The notes beneath the pieces were generated by a model. It saw only the letters and a program-made list of their open reading frames with translations, did not search any database and was not told the origin of the DNA. Shown here piece by piece: positions 9,475 to 20,122 of a stretch of DNA of 64,000 nucleotides. How positions within the stretch are numbered: position 1 is the first letter of the stretch; every line of letters starts with the position of its first letter. Both the position numbers and the translations under genes were made by a program. This stretch comes from a virus, in IMG/VR virus record IMGVR_UViG_3300044510_000078; one strand, 5' to 3'.

Positions 9475-11367
9475 TTAATTGAAAAAGTCTATGTCTCCAG
9501 CGTCTCCACTCGGTTCTTGAATTACTTTTAAATATCCAGTTTCTTTATTAAATATATTTACACCCCGCAGCATACACGAAAAAAGAGAATTATCTTGTAA
9601 AAGCAAAGACAACTTTGACTGGATTGGATTATTGTTTGTTGTTTGAATATAAAACGTCCTAAATAATACCGAATTCGACGTAGAAGAAAGAAGGGCTTCT
9701 CCGCTATATCCAGTTCCTTGATAAAAGGGAACGTCCGTCAAGGAATCAACATTTTCCCCCGTGCATAATCTCCAAATTCCAGAAAATTGCACTGTTTGTC
9801 CACTGGCATTTAAATAAAACTGACCAGAAGCATTAAGCCCAGAGTCAATGGCGATTGAATTAAATATATCGTCAGACTTACGATGAAAAACCATCTTAGG
9901 CAAGTAAACCGAATTATACCCAGAACCAATGTTAGTTATTTCTATTCCGGTAGCTTGGATGTAAACGTATTCAACGCCAGTGACGAACCCGGTCACGCCC
10001 GTATTGTAAAAAGCTTCAGCAAATAAATAAGAAGCCAAAGGATTCATTATTGCAGAGCCGGAAAAGGGAGCGTATATATATTGATTGCCGCTAACCGCTG
10101 AGACATCAAAACAGTCGCTCGCAATACTGCCCGTATTTAGAACAACAGATGGAGCGTAGTTATATCCAGTTCCGCCAGAAAACATATTAATTCCAGTTAT
10201 GGTATAAAACGTATTATTACCGTAGATGTTCAATGAAACAGGCTTTAATAAAGCCTCTCCACTAGCCCCAGTTCCCAAACCGCTACTGACTAAAAATGAA
10301 ATCGGAATTGCAGCGCCCCGACATCCACTAGAAAACAAATTATTGATGGCAAAATCAATATTTTTTATAGAATAGTAGCTTATAAACTCCAAGTCTGGAA
10401 ATTGTTGATAAATTCCAGAATTTGTCACTCTAGCGCCAGTGATAAAATCTCCAGTAAATGTCGCCGAATATCCAGAGGGGAAAATCGGAGATAGTTGGCA
10501 TTTAAATGTTTTGGAAATTTCAGAGCCATTTGAATTATAAGCTTCATACACAATTTGTTGGTCTTCAAATAGTTCGCTATTCTTGACGAAAAGGAATTGA
10601 CAATTTTGAGCGCCACCAGTTAATAAGCCAGTAAAAGGCGTCAAAACATCCGTATTGATGAAATCAAATATCCCGCTAATTAAGAAATTACCAGTTACTC
10701 CAGAAACTCTATTTAATACAAAATCAGAAGTAAGTCCTCCATAAGAAGTTTCCAAATTAAACGTAAATGGAACTGGCCCGTCTAAAGCTCCACTCGTTAT
10801 GTCTGGCAATTGAAATCCAAAAGACGCATTCCCGCTTACTGCACCTGAGATTCGTTTATTAAAGCTTGGTTTATCACCATTCTTAAAAATATAAGATGAG
10901 TCAAAAATCTGAAAAGAAATGTCTGAATTATTTACCACCCGTCCAGTTGCAAAAGTCCCGGCACGGAATTCATTTTCAAATTGTATTGATACATTTGGTT
11001 GTGGAGCATAAAGGTAAGGATTAACAGACAAACTACATCCGGTTACATTCACAAAAAAATATTTATAAACAATAGAATTTTTGCTTTCCCCATCGCAGAA
11101 TAGTCCGCTGTCTATATAATACCTATAAACATTGTCCGAAAGCTCTGCTCTAATAGAGGTTTCTTCATCTGGCCTATATGAACCTATAAATCTTTTTTGC
11201 GGGTCCAAAATTCTTCCAGAAACAAAAGAAAAACATAACATCTGCCCCTGACCAGAAACGCCTATTTCGGCGACGCCGGTCGAGTTGTTAAGATAAAGAT
11301 TCTGTAAATCGAATACTACGTATTTCGATTGTGGGATTAATCTAAATTTATTCTCGTTAAATATCAT
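9475..11367 (-). CDS. Putative tail tip/baseplate structural protein
   Basis: 630 aa; repeated ITG.....G.GY...P motifs (ITGINMFSGGTGYNYAPSV, TGIEITNIGSGYNS) seen in phage virion proteins; position in the tail module. Confidence 0.6.
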   Translation of the reverse strand: MIFNENKFRLIPQSKYVVFDLQNLYLNNSTGVAEIGVSGQGQMLCFSFVSGRILDPQKRFIGSYRPDEETSIRAELSDNVYRYYIDSGLFCDGESKNSIVYKYFFVNVTGCSLSVNPYLYAPQPNVSIQFENEFRAGTFATGRVVNNSDISFQIFDSSYIFKNGDKPSFNKRISGAVSGNASFGFQLPDITSGALDGPVPFTFNLETSYGGLTSDFVLNRVSGVTGNFLISGIFDFINTDVLTPFTGLLTGGAQNCQFLFVKNSELFEDQQIVYEAYNSNGSEISKTFKCQLSPIFPSGYSATFTGDFITGARVTNSGIYQQFPDLEFISYYSIKNIDFAINNLFSSGCRGAAIPISFLVSSGLGTGASGEALLKPVSLNIYGNNTFYTITGINMFSGGTGYNYAPSVVLNTGSIASDCFDVSAVSGNQYIYAPFSGSAIMNPLASYLFAEAFYNTGVTGFVTGVEYVYIQATGIEITNIGSGYNSVYLPKMVFHRKSDDIFNSIAIDSGLNASGQFYLNASGQTVQFSGIWRLCTGENVDSLTDVPFYQGTGYSGEALLSSTSNSVLFRTFYIQTTNNNPIQSKLSLLLQDNSLFSCMLRGVNIFNKETGYLKVIQEPSGDAGDIDFFN

Positions 11368-14300
11368 TATCTTATAAGTCTTGGGCCTATTTTATTTAAT
11401 ATTGATTCTTGATTTGGTAAAGTCGGTGGACGGCTGGAAAAAGACAGGTCGGTAGAAACTCCATTATCATCAAGAGTAATGTTGAAATTTGTAAGGCCGG
11501 ATAATGGATTTATCGCAGATAAAAAGCTTCCAAACATATCTGGCGAGCCGATTAATTTTACATCAACGGTTTGTTTTATGTCTGGGCTTTCGTTTCTGTT
11601 CAATGCAGAAATTACCGAATGATATTCGGAAACCGTCGTAATCGCATTATTTGCGCCAGTTAAAAGGGTTGTAAAATGTAAGAATCCCTTTCCATTTATC
11701 GAAAGATATGGATTCAAGTCTGGGTCAATCGTGTTATTGATTATTTTTAACCTAGACGTGTTATTATTTTTCTTATTTGGTGGTTCCCCATAAATCTCAG
11801 TAACTTCTGGAACTCTAAGCTCTGTTTCTATATGGGTCGTCATTATTCCCGAATACATTTGTGTATTTGCTGGACTTTGTCCACTTAGCATTGATAAAGA
11901 TGCAAAATATGGATTACAATTAACTGGATAAATAATTGCTGCATTTCTATAAGCTGCTGGATAAGTTAATAATGATTCACTTAAATCAGAAACATAAAAA
12001 TATCCAAGCTCGTCCGTTGGGGCAAATTGATTGTTTGGGCTTATTCTTGTATTTCTTCCAACGCTCACTACTAAGCCTCTCGAATTTGGAGAGTCCAACA
12101 TTTCTCTTGAAAAACCAGCCCTGTATATGCCAGTAGGATTTGGGTCGCAACTATAATCATGTAAATCCTTATTTTGCGCTGTGGCGGCTTTGAATTTTAA
12201 CCCATCATTGCAAATTTCGTCCAAAGGATGTAAGTCACAAATAGAGGGTTTCTTTTCTTGAGTCCTGCGTTTCAAAGCCTCTTTCTCGTCTTCCAAGAAT
12301 TTTTCCCACATCACAGGATTCTTAGTTTTGAACCCAGACACTTCAAAAACAACCGTGCAATTCGGGTGGCGACTGGCCCTGACATCTGGGATAATACAAA
12401 CGTGAAGTTTGGGGCAAATATTTTTATAGATTCCTTGATAATTGTAGTAAACGGTAGATATTTGGTCAGCGCTTAATGCCCCATTTGTTGTCGCCGCTAT
12501 TTCCTCAATCTGAGATTGGAATTCCCTATAGAACTCATCCAAATCTGGATGAAAAGAAGGCTTAAAATTATCCAAATCCCACTGTTGCTCCGTGAATCCG
12601 TCCAAATCTTGCAACTGATTTATTGCCGAAGCCGTTGTGTATGACTGACAACTTTGGTCATTAAATTCAAGAGCCTTGTTAAAATTGTCCGGAGTTGTTC
12701 CCCATGCATTATCAATAGAAGCATAGTAAAATCCAGTTGGCCCAACAATCGGAACATATCCAGTATATCCAATGTCTTTAAATAAAACTTTTTCTGCAAG
12801 ACCAGTATAAGGAATTAAATCAACAAAAGGCGCAAATCGAACGCTCGGATATTGTTGTGCAGAGGGCTCAAATTCATTTTTGTAAGTTGTAAAAGAAAGT
12901 CCGCTGCTTCCGTATTCAAATCCGCCAGCGGGAGACGCGTCGTATAAAATGTCACTAGGAACATACGGCGTTCCTTGTAGGGTTCCCTGTTGAACTCTGA
13001 CGAATTTATACATATTTTCGGCACAACTGTTCTCCCAAGATATAACTTCTTCATGGAAATCAGAATAATAATACCCAAGAAATATCTGATAAAATGATTG
13101 GTCCAATACTATACTTTGAGTTGCGGCGTCATTTCCGCCGCCTTTGAATTTTGATATGAGATAAGATTTTATTTCTTCATTTTCGAGCCGGACAATTGGC
13201 GCAAACCCTAAAGCTTTAAAGTTTGAGTCGAAATCTTTTTTTGCATTTCTGGTGGATTCAATTGTGTTTGACGCAGATACATCAAGGATGGCTAATGACT
13301 CTAATATTCTTTCCCCAACAAATATATCTCTCAAAGTTTTATTAAACTTCGATAAAGCCATACAGGTATCAATGTCTCCAAAAGTTCTATTTGTGAATTT
13401 TTGGAAGCGTTGAGCCCTATCAGAGCCCTTTGTAAAAGAAGCCGCTTGAACCCCACCAATTGACCCGTTATATGTGATTATGCTCCCAAGAGTATCGAAA
13501 TCCCACTGATACACATAATCAAGATACCCAAATCCAAATATGTCGTTCCTTACCACTTGGTTCGACATATTAAAATAATTCAAATCAATTGGATGCAAAG
13601 GATACATTCCTACATATCTTTTTACGTCTTTTGATTCTGTTTTATGTTCGATTGCTCTTATATTTGCAGTAATGATTCCTTGACTATATGCGTCCTCCAA
13701 AGATGCGGCTTCACTATATGTATTTATCGCAGCCGCATTAGCAATAAATGGCCGTGAAATATCTTTTGCTGAGTCAGGCAAGTCGAACAACCCCTTAACA
13801 TTAATAGATTTTGAAATGTCCAGTCCAATAAAAGTTCTTCCAGAGCAATAATAATCCATCGCAAAATCTGAACACCAATTTCCGAGAACTTCTCTTAATG
13901 TTCCAATATAGTTTTGCCTGTAGCCATAAATTCTTTCCGAATAACCAGTTGGGAAAACTCCATCAAATTTAAGTCCTCTTAATTTTAACGAAGCAATCAG
14001 TTCCGCAAAACTATATTTGACTTCTGGCAATGCGCCGCAATTTTCTTCAGGCATTTCTTCGGTGCCAAGCATTAAATAGCCACCATTTAAATCAAATTTA
14101 TTTGAATAAGAGAAGTTCTGAGATTTTTCAATAAAGTTTGTCCAGTTTTTGAAAATATTTTCCAGCGCAGAATTAGTGACGCTGGAGAAATTATCTTCTG
14201 TTTTTTCGTTAAGTCCAACATATGAACCATAGGCTAATTCTCTAACAAGTTGACCTGTATATGGAAAAAATCCACCAGTCAAAGTGCAGTCTGGACATTT

Positions 14301-14807
14301 TGCCGGTATTTGTCCAGAAGCAAAGGAAGAATGTAAAAATTTATTTCCTTGTCTTTTTATAAGCCCCACGTAAATTTTATCTAGCAAAACTGAATAATCT
14401 TTAAAAACTACTGATAAGATTTTTCTATTTGATTGAATATCCTTCTTGTAAGAGAATAAAACCATATCAGAGTAGAATACGCCATTAAAATTTATATCGT
14501 ATAAGTTTTCGTTAATGGGTCCACCATCGCCAGCATCGCATCTTAAATCTGTATCTAAAATATCAAAATTTGCCGCTTTTTGGGATAGCGAAGACGGGCT
14601 TTCTAAGGTCATGTATAAAGTGATTTCAGTTGGCTTTTGCCCGAATCCTATCGAGCAATTGGCTGAGTAAATCCATCCACCAAAAGCGTATGAGGTTGGC
14701 CAAGGCCACAATCTTACCGGACTTACACCAGCAGAAGCCGAAAACCTCCCTAGAATAGAGCCTTGTTTGGGCGTAACCGTAATACCATTGAGAATCTGTA
14801 TAGACAT
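11367..14807 (-). CDS. Putative tail tip/hub protein
   Basis: 1146 aa downstream of the tape measure; N-terminal FGGWIYSANCSIGF..PTEITL beta pattern; translationally coupled (TAATG). Confidence 0.55.
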   Translation of the reverse strand: MSIQILNGITVTPKQGSILGRFSASAGVSPVRLWPWPTSYAFGGWIYSANCSIGFGQKPTEITLYMTLESPSSLSQKAANFDILDTDLRCDAGDGGPINENLYDINFNGVFYSDMVLFSYKKDIQSNRKILSVVFKDYSVLLDKIYVGLIKRQGNKFLHSSFASGQIPAKCPDCTLTGGFFPYTGQLVRELAYGSYVGLNEKTEDNFSSVTNSALENIFKNWTNFIEKSQNFSYSNKFDLNGGYLMLGTEEMPEENCGALPEVKYSFAELIASLKLRGLKFDGVFPTGYSERIYGYRQNYIGTLREVLGNWCSDFAMDYYCSGRTFIGLDISKSINVKGLFDLPDSAKDISRPFIANAAAINTYSEAASLEDAYSQGIITANIRAIEHKTESKDVKRYVGMYPLHPIDLNYFNMSNQVVRNDIFGFGYLDYVYQWDFDTLGSIITYNGSIGGVQAASFTKGSDRAQRFQKFTNRTFGDIDTCMALSKFNKTLRDIFVGERILESLAILDVSASNTIESTRNAKKDFDSNFKALGFAPIVRLENEEIKSYLISKFKGGGNDAATQSIVLDQSFYQIFLGYYYSDFHEEVISWENSCAENMYKFVRVQQGTLQGTPYVPSDILYDASPAGGFEYGSSGLSFTTYKNEFEPSAQQYPSVRFAPFVDLIPYTGLAEKVLFKDIGYTGYVPIVGPTGFYYASIDNAWGTTPDNFNKALEFNDQSCQSYTTASAINQLQDLDGFTEQQWDLDNFKPSFHPDLDEFYREFQSQIEEIAATTNGALSADQISTVYYNYQGIYKNICPKLHVCIIPDVRASRHPNCTVVFEVSGFKTKNPVMWEKFLEDEKEALKRRTQEKKPSICDLHPLDEICNDGLKFKAATAQNKDLHDYSCDPNPTGIYRAGFSREMLDSPNSRGLVVSVGRNTRISPNNQFAPTDELGYFYVSDLSESLLTYPAAYRNAAIIYPVNCNPYFASLSMLSGQSPANTQMYSGIMTTHIETELRVPEVTEIYGEPPNKKNNNTSRLKIINNTIDPDLNPYLSINGKGFLHFTTLLTGANNAITTVSEYHSVISALNRNESPDIKQTVDVKLIGSPDMFGSFLSAINPLSGLTNFNITLDDNGVSTDLSFSSRPPTLPNQESILNKIGPRLIR

Positions 14808-16687
14808 TAATTTATGTTAAAAAATGAGTCATTATTGTTAAAAAATAGATAATTTGCCTCTGTAAAAGAAGAAAAATCAGAGATGAGACTACAAGGAGTT
14901 GTTTTAATATAATTGGTTTTTTCAAATTGTCTTACGCCGTTTATCCATATTTGCTCTGAAAAGCCAGTAATATAAATATTGGGAACACTTTCTCCAGCGC
15001 CCAAATACCTTACATACCTTCTGCGAGATTCTCCAGTTATCCTTTCCAAGAACGACAGTAAAGAATATTGTATATTTGTAATTGTATTGACGTTTCCATT
15101 GGGAAGATAAGTAACGTCGGCGGTGAAATCTGGAAGCTCTTCCGCGTAAATCATTACGTATGGATAACTGCCAGAAATGCCAGTTTCATAGTCGTAGTCT
15201 TGAATTAGTTTTTGACCATTTAAAAATAAATCATATCCTGTCAAATTAATTCCAGATATGCCAGTAATTATAATATTCAGACCGCTCTCGATATACTGGG
15301 CTCCAGATGGAAAATAAAGAGGCCCACCATCTTCTATTTGAGTTCCTGAATTGATTAAGATTTTCGACCTACTCCACAAACCGCTATAATTAGTAATCAA
15401 AACATTTTCATTTAGTCTATCGTAAAATAAAAACTCATCATCGTCATAACCAGAAAGTTTGTTAGAGATTAAATTGTAGTCCAAACCACTAATATTGTAA
15501 AGCCCATTGTCGAATACATTAACTCTCTTATATCCAGAAGTATATGCGGAAAAATCTTGCGGGACTTTGATGTTTAAATTATTGACCGGCCTTCTGTATG
15601 TGTATATTTCTAATAAATCTCCTTCTCTCAACTCATTATAAAATGAAAGAAAAATATTAGAATAACTTTCTTTCGTAACATAATCAAAATAAAAATTAAT
15701 TCCTGTGACGGACGGCGCGGTAAATGTATTGCTGCCAGTCAATAGACTTACTCTTTCTTCTACGGAAGAGACTCCAGTTACACCCGAATAAATCCAAACA
15801 GTAGAGTATCCGCCTGTAGGATGCGGAACCTGCTGCTGAACATAGGAATATCCAGTGACGCCACTTATATTAACTGTATCAAATAAATAACCGGTCACTA
15901 TTGGCACAGCGATATTGTCCCCAGAAAAAACAACGTTCTCGTATCCAGAGCAAAAAAGACACTCAATACATCTTTCTTGACCAGTGATTTCTACCGTATC
16001 ATTGAACAAAACAAAATTTTCTATTTCACCAAATAAACCAGTATATCTTTTGTCTGCGTTGTTGTAAAATCCTCCGATATACCATGTATCAGATTTTTTA
16101 TAATTTACTAAAGGGACATTGATATTTTTCAGAACATTTTTTGAGTAGTCGAAAATTCCTACATTAGCTAGATTATCATTAAAAACAGAAAGGGCAACCG
16201 TATTCTTCTCTCTAAGAAGCGTTGAAAAAGAATAAGAGGTCTTGATGCCTCCGGTATTTATATACTCTAAATATAGGTGATTTGCCTGATTCATCCCTAA
16301 ACTAAATCCGCTTAAACCAGTTGGCGACTGCATTGTAGAAAGGATTACCGAAGATTGATTATTTCCAGTAAGATTACAAAAAGAATTATTAAAATCAATA
16401 ACAACGGTAAAATTACTTAAACTGTTATCGTAACCAATCCTTACTATATCTCTACCAGAAAAAATACCAGAATTTATGACCCTAGAAAGATTATAGTCGA
16501 GCGTTTGGACAACGACGCCGGGATTTTTTTCTGAATTAAAAATGCCATTGATTATTTGCTCGCCAGTTGAAAAAAGTTTATTATATACAAATTCTTCCCT
16601 TCCACTTGTGAAATCGTAAATTACAGACAACAGCCCAGTATTGATGGTCTTTATATCTATACAGGTTTTGTAAGTGTCTATATTCAT
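14807..16687 (-). CDS. Tail protein with LamG/ConA-like lectin domain
   Basis: GFSLGMNQANHLYLEY...NTVALSV...WYIGGFY....YTGLFGEIENFVLFND matches the LamG-like pattern; S/T/G-rich remainder. Confidence 0.6.
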   Translation of the reverse strand: MNIDTYKTCIDIKTINTGLLSVIYDFTSGREEFVYNKLFSTGEQIINGIFNSEKNPGVVVQTLDYNLSRVINSGIFSGRDIVRIGYDNSLSNFTVVIDFNNSFCNLTGNNQSSVILSTMQSPTGLSGFSLGMNQANHLYLEYINTGGIKTSYSFSTLLREKNTVALSVFNDNLANVGIFDYSKNVLKNINVPLVNYKKSDTWYIGGFYNNADKRYTGLFGEIENFVLFNDTVEITGQERCIECLFCSGYENVVFSGDNIAVPIVTGYLFDTVNISGVTGYSYVQQQVPHPTGGYSTVWIYSGVTGVSSVEERVSLLTGSNTFTAPSVTGINFYFDYVTKESYSNIFLSFYNELREGDLLEIYTYRRPVNNLNIKVPQDFSAYTSGYKRVNVFDNGLYNISGLDYNLISNKLSGYDDDEFLFYDRLNENVLITNYSGLWSRSKILINSGTQIEDGGPLYFPSGAQYIESGLNIIITGISGINLTGYDLFLNGQKLIQDYDYETGISGSYPYVMIYAEELPDFTADVTYLPNGNVNTITNIQYSLLSFLERITGESRRRYVRYLGAGESVPNIYITGFSEQIWINGVRQFEKTNYIKTTPCSLISDFSSFTEANYLFFNNNDSFFNIN

Positions 16688-16713
16688 CCTTATTCCTTTA
16701 AGGTATTACACTA

Positions 16714-18372
16714 TTAATAACCAAATTGATGTCCCGGCGCTCTAGTAAAAGTAGGAACAGAAACAATAGAACTTGCAAATTTATTATTCGCTCCTTCAAG
16801 CAAAGAAGAAGAAAGACAATTTTCAGACATGACCTCTCTACTAACTTCAAGTGAAAAATTGCCAGAATTTATTCCCGAAGCTGTAAAATAATAAGGCGAA
16901 GCGTTACTTAGGGTGTTTGTCAGTAGATTATTAATTAGTCCATTTAGCCCAGTATAGCATACCACAAAATTGCCTGTATTTTGGGCGTTTGTTTGGATTT
17001 TGATTTTTTCTCTTGTCTTACACTGTAGGTCTTGGACAACAAAATGGCCTTCAATGTTTGCGGCCGGATATAAATTAAACAACCAGCGCTCAGGCGTAAC
17101 CGAAACAGAATAATCAACGCTATGGGCATAGTCGGCGAAGTCTCTATCGCTAAACGAAGCGCTCATTGAAAACGTAGCCTGACCGGTGTTTTCTGATATT
17201 GAAAAAGAAATTGGCAAAGGATTTATAACCCTCGCACCCGTGTTCAATACGTTCGCAACTTGGCTCCCAATTATAAAAGAATACAAATAAGAATGAAATT
17301 GCCCACTAGATAATACTTGATTTTTAAATGCAGTAATTCTTTCTCTTCTATATTTAACTGGACCCCTTACAATGAACTGGCCGTTTAAATTATAAGTTTT
17401 TAGGTCGTTGATTTCATCCCAATTGACGCTTATTTGGGCGTCGAAATAACCAGCAAAATCTCCAGAATTTCCAGATAAAAAAGAAGCTTTCAATGAAGCG
17501 CTATTTTTGCCGCTATCTTCATTGATGGACATTGTATTTAAGTAGCAGTTACCACTACTTATGCCATATTCGGCAAGTTTTTCATAGGGATTGTAAGAAG
17601 ATAGACTTGTTCTTAATTTTTGCAAATTAGAATCTATGGGAGAGCCCAAAAATTCAACATTCAAATCATAAGAATCGAAATCCTGAGTTCTTCCTTCTGT
17701 TACGCTTAGAGTTGCAGTCTCTACGTATGTGTTTGGAGAATTTGAGCCAGTAACAGGATTGTATCTATAAGTTTCATTGATTGAAACAGACCCGGCGAGT
17801 CTATCAATGTTCTCTGTTATTGAAAGCATTATACCGCTACCTACGCCGACAAATACGGGTAAACAACTAGAGTAGGGGTTTTTACCTGTAAACATTTTTA
17901 CAAATTCGATGGCGTTTTCTATTGCCAAAGAATTATTTCTTACACCCTTCGCGGCGATTTTATGAGAAACGGTTATTGTATTGTCTGTATTTTCTAAGAA
18001 AGAATATTCATTCGATACATCTAAAACGCCACTGGGAATATCAAAAGCTTTTATTTTTACAGAATATGGTATGCCCCCAAATCCAATCAAATTATAAGCG
18101 TTGCTTTGTAAGGAAACTTCCTCGACATGACAGCATGGAATTGAAAGATACTCGTGATTCTCGCCGCTAACCAAAAGCTCTTTAAAGTTTTGCTTAAATA
18201 TATCAAGGATGGAATACAAGACTCCCGTTCCAGTTATGTCGCCAGTTATCCATCCGTTCAAATCAACCGACTGAGTAAAACCCCACCTGTTACCATAGTT
18301 GACAGGCTCAAATTGCCTAGAAACAAATGGGGGTGGATTTATTGCTTGATTGTTATACTTTACTATGGCCAT
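16714..18372 (-). CDS. Putative distal tail/baseplate protein
   Basis: 552-aa beta-rich ORF, second gene after the tape measure; position only. Confidence 0.5.
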   Translation of the reverse strand: MAIVKYNNQAINPPPFVSRQFEPVNYGNRWGFTQSVDLNGWITGDITGTGVLYSILDIFKQNFKELLVSGENHEYLSIPCCHVEEVSLQSNAYNLIGFGGIPYSVKIKAFDIPSGVLDVSNEYSFLENTDNTITVSHKIAAKGVRNNSLAIENAIEFVKMFTGKNPYSSCLPVFVGVGSGIMLSITENIDRLAGSVSINETYRYNPVTGSNSPNTYVETATLSVTEGRTQDFDSYDLNVEFLGSPIDSNLQKLRTSLSSYNPYEKLAEYGISSGNCYLNTMSINEDSGKNSASLKASFLSGNSGDFAGYFDAQISVNWDEINDLKTYNLNGQFIVRGPVKYRRERITAFKNQVLSSGQFHSYLYSFIIGSQVANVLNTGARVINPLPISFSISENTGQATFSMSASFSDRDFADYAHSVDYSVSVTPERWLFNLYPAANIEGHFVVQDLQCKTREKIKIQTNAQNTGNFVVCYTGLNGLINNLLTNTLSNASPYYFTASGINSGNFSLEVSREVMSENCLSSSLLEGANNKFASSIVSVPTFTRAPGHQFGY

Positions 18373-20114
18373 TAAGGAATAGGTGTTTTTTTATTAGTAT
18401 ATGTTATCTCTAAACCCATATTTATAGTATTTTTAGAAGAAAACGAATACTCAAAATTAGACAAAAACCAAGTTGTTTTAAATCCATTTAAATTTAATAA
18501 ACGATTTAGCGCCAATTTTTTTGCTAGTTTTTTAAGAGCTACGAGTTTCGATACTGGAACGGCATATGGAGAAAGTAGGTTATTGGCATTTGGCCTCTCA
18601 ATAGTCGCATCCAAAGAGACGTTTATTTTGCCCTCGGTGCTTTGATAGGCATAATCTATGACGCTTTTATTAGTTGGGCGGTTAATAATTTTTATTTCAT
18701 TAAAAATATCGGCCGGTTTTGTCTCTGATATTTTTGCGTCAATAATTCTAAACCCATCTACACCATCAAGAGAAACTTGATAAATTGGATTCGTAGTGTA
18801 TTTAAATGTCGCAGAAAAAGCCTTTCCTCTAGTTGGGAATTCGTAATCGGAAGATAAGCATACAATGTTGGTCTTAAAAGATGGATTATAATATCCATAA
18901 TTCGCATACAAATTCTGGCAACGGGTTCTTGAATCTGAACGCTCTCCAGCAACTATTTGTGGCATTGTTTGGCCGTTTTCAATTATTAAATTCAGATAAT
19001 CAGCCTGCTTTGGTTGTAGCGCGGCATATCTAATTGAGTCTGTAATGTCCACGTAGCTTGCCTCATTTCTATCCAGAGTCGTATTGATTTCTTTACGAAA
19101 TTTCGTTGACCAACTTTTATCATTTGAAAATTTAATTGTAGAATTTATTGTAAGAGCTGGCTTGTTTAGTGTTTTTGATACATCTACTGGCTGATTCATT
19201 AGGGCGTCTATTGACGTATAACCGAATTGATTTACCCAAGACTGTAGAGCGTCATTGCATCTATTAAAACTTTGTCCATAGAGTGTCGAGAATCCGGCTT
19301 CTGCCTGTGCAAAAGAAAACCTACCAACCACAGTAATGTTTTCAGTAACATTGACTATACCATCTTCGCCCATGTCCAAAGAGCGGGCGACATTATGAGT
19401 AGATGTGCCGAGATTGCTCGGAGCCAACTCTTTCTTTTTCTCAAAACTGAAAGTGTTTTTGAACAGGTCGTAATTTTCGGTGAAATAATTTTTGCTTGTG
19501 GAATAATCGGCATAATCGAGGAGCGCTCCAGTAAATCCGTAAAAACTAAATCCACTGATTAAATTATCTGTTGTGAAAAGTCCAGACGCGACCTCTTGGG
19601 CTAAAGTTTTTGTAGATTTCTGCGAGTCTCCAGAGCGTAAGGTAAGGTTGAGAACGTGGGAATAACTTTTGCCGCCGTCTTCTTTCGTTTCAAAATTAAA
19701 TGATTCCGAAAATTCATCTAGGTATTTATAATAACCAGTTATTGTGCTCTTTATTCCGGCGTAATATTTGTTTTCGCTGAATTCGCCCGTGTGAGAACCT
19801 AAAAAATCGCCGGTTTTCCTCACTTCTACAGTGGTTATGTATTTGCAGAATCTTATATTGTCTTCTTTGGTTTCTTGGGAGATAGGCGCAGAAAGGGAGA
19901 CGATATTAATATCTCCTGAAAAAGCTCCGATTGCTTGGGAAATTGTTGATTTTAAATATGAGCTTAAATTCGCAGTATTAAATAGGTCTGTTCCATAAAT
20001 TTCAAGGGTGAGGGTTTCTATTTCTCGATGTTGTAATGCGTTTCCAAGATATTCTTTTTTTGAAGAGTATCCTAATAATCCAGTATAGATTCCTTGATTT
20101 AGATTAAGTGGCAT
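18372..20114 (-). CDS. Putative distal tail/baseplate protein
   Basis: 580-aa ORF immediately after the tape measure; position only. Confidence 0.5.
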   Translation of the reverse strand: MPLNLNQGIYTGLLGYSSKKEYLGNALQHREIETLTLEIYGTDLFNTANLSSYLKSTISQAIGAFSGDINIVSLSAPISQETKEDNIRFCKYITTVEVRKTGDFLGSHTGEFSENKYYAGIKSTITGYYKYLDEFSESFNFETKEDGGKSYSHVLNLTLRSGDSQKSTKTLAQEVASGLFTTDNLISGFSFYGFTGALLDYADYSTSKNYFTENYDLFKNTFSFEKKKELAPSNLGTSTHNVARSLDMGEDGIVNVTENITVVGRFSFAQAEAGFSTLYGQSFNRCNDALQSWVNQFGYTSIDALMNQPVDVSKTLNKPALTINSTIKFSNDKSWSTKFRKEINTTLDRNEASYVDITDSIRYAALQPKQADYLNLIIENGQTMPQIVAGERSDSRTRCQNLYANYGYYNPSFKTNIVCLSSDYEFPTRGKAFSATFKYTTNPIYQVSLDGVDGFRIIDAKISETKPADIFNEIKIINRPTNKSVIDYAYQSTEGKINVSLDATIERPNANNLLSPYAVPVSKLVALKKLAKKLALNRLLNLNGFKTTWFLSNFEYSFSSKNTINMGLEITYTNKKTPIP

Positions 20115-20122
20115 TTTTTATT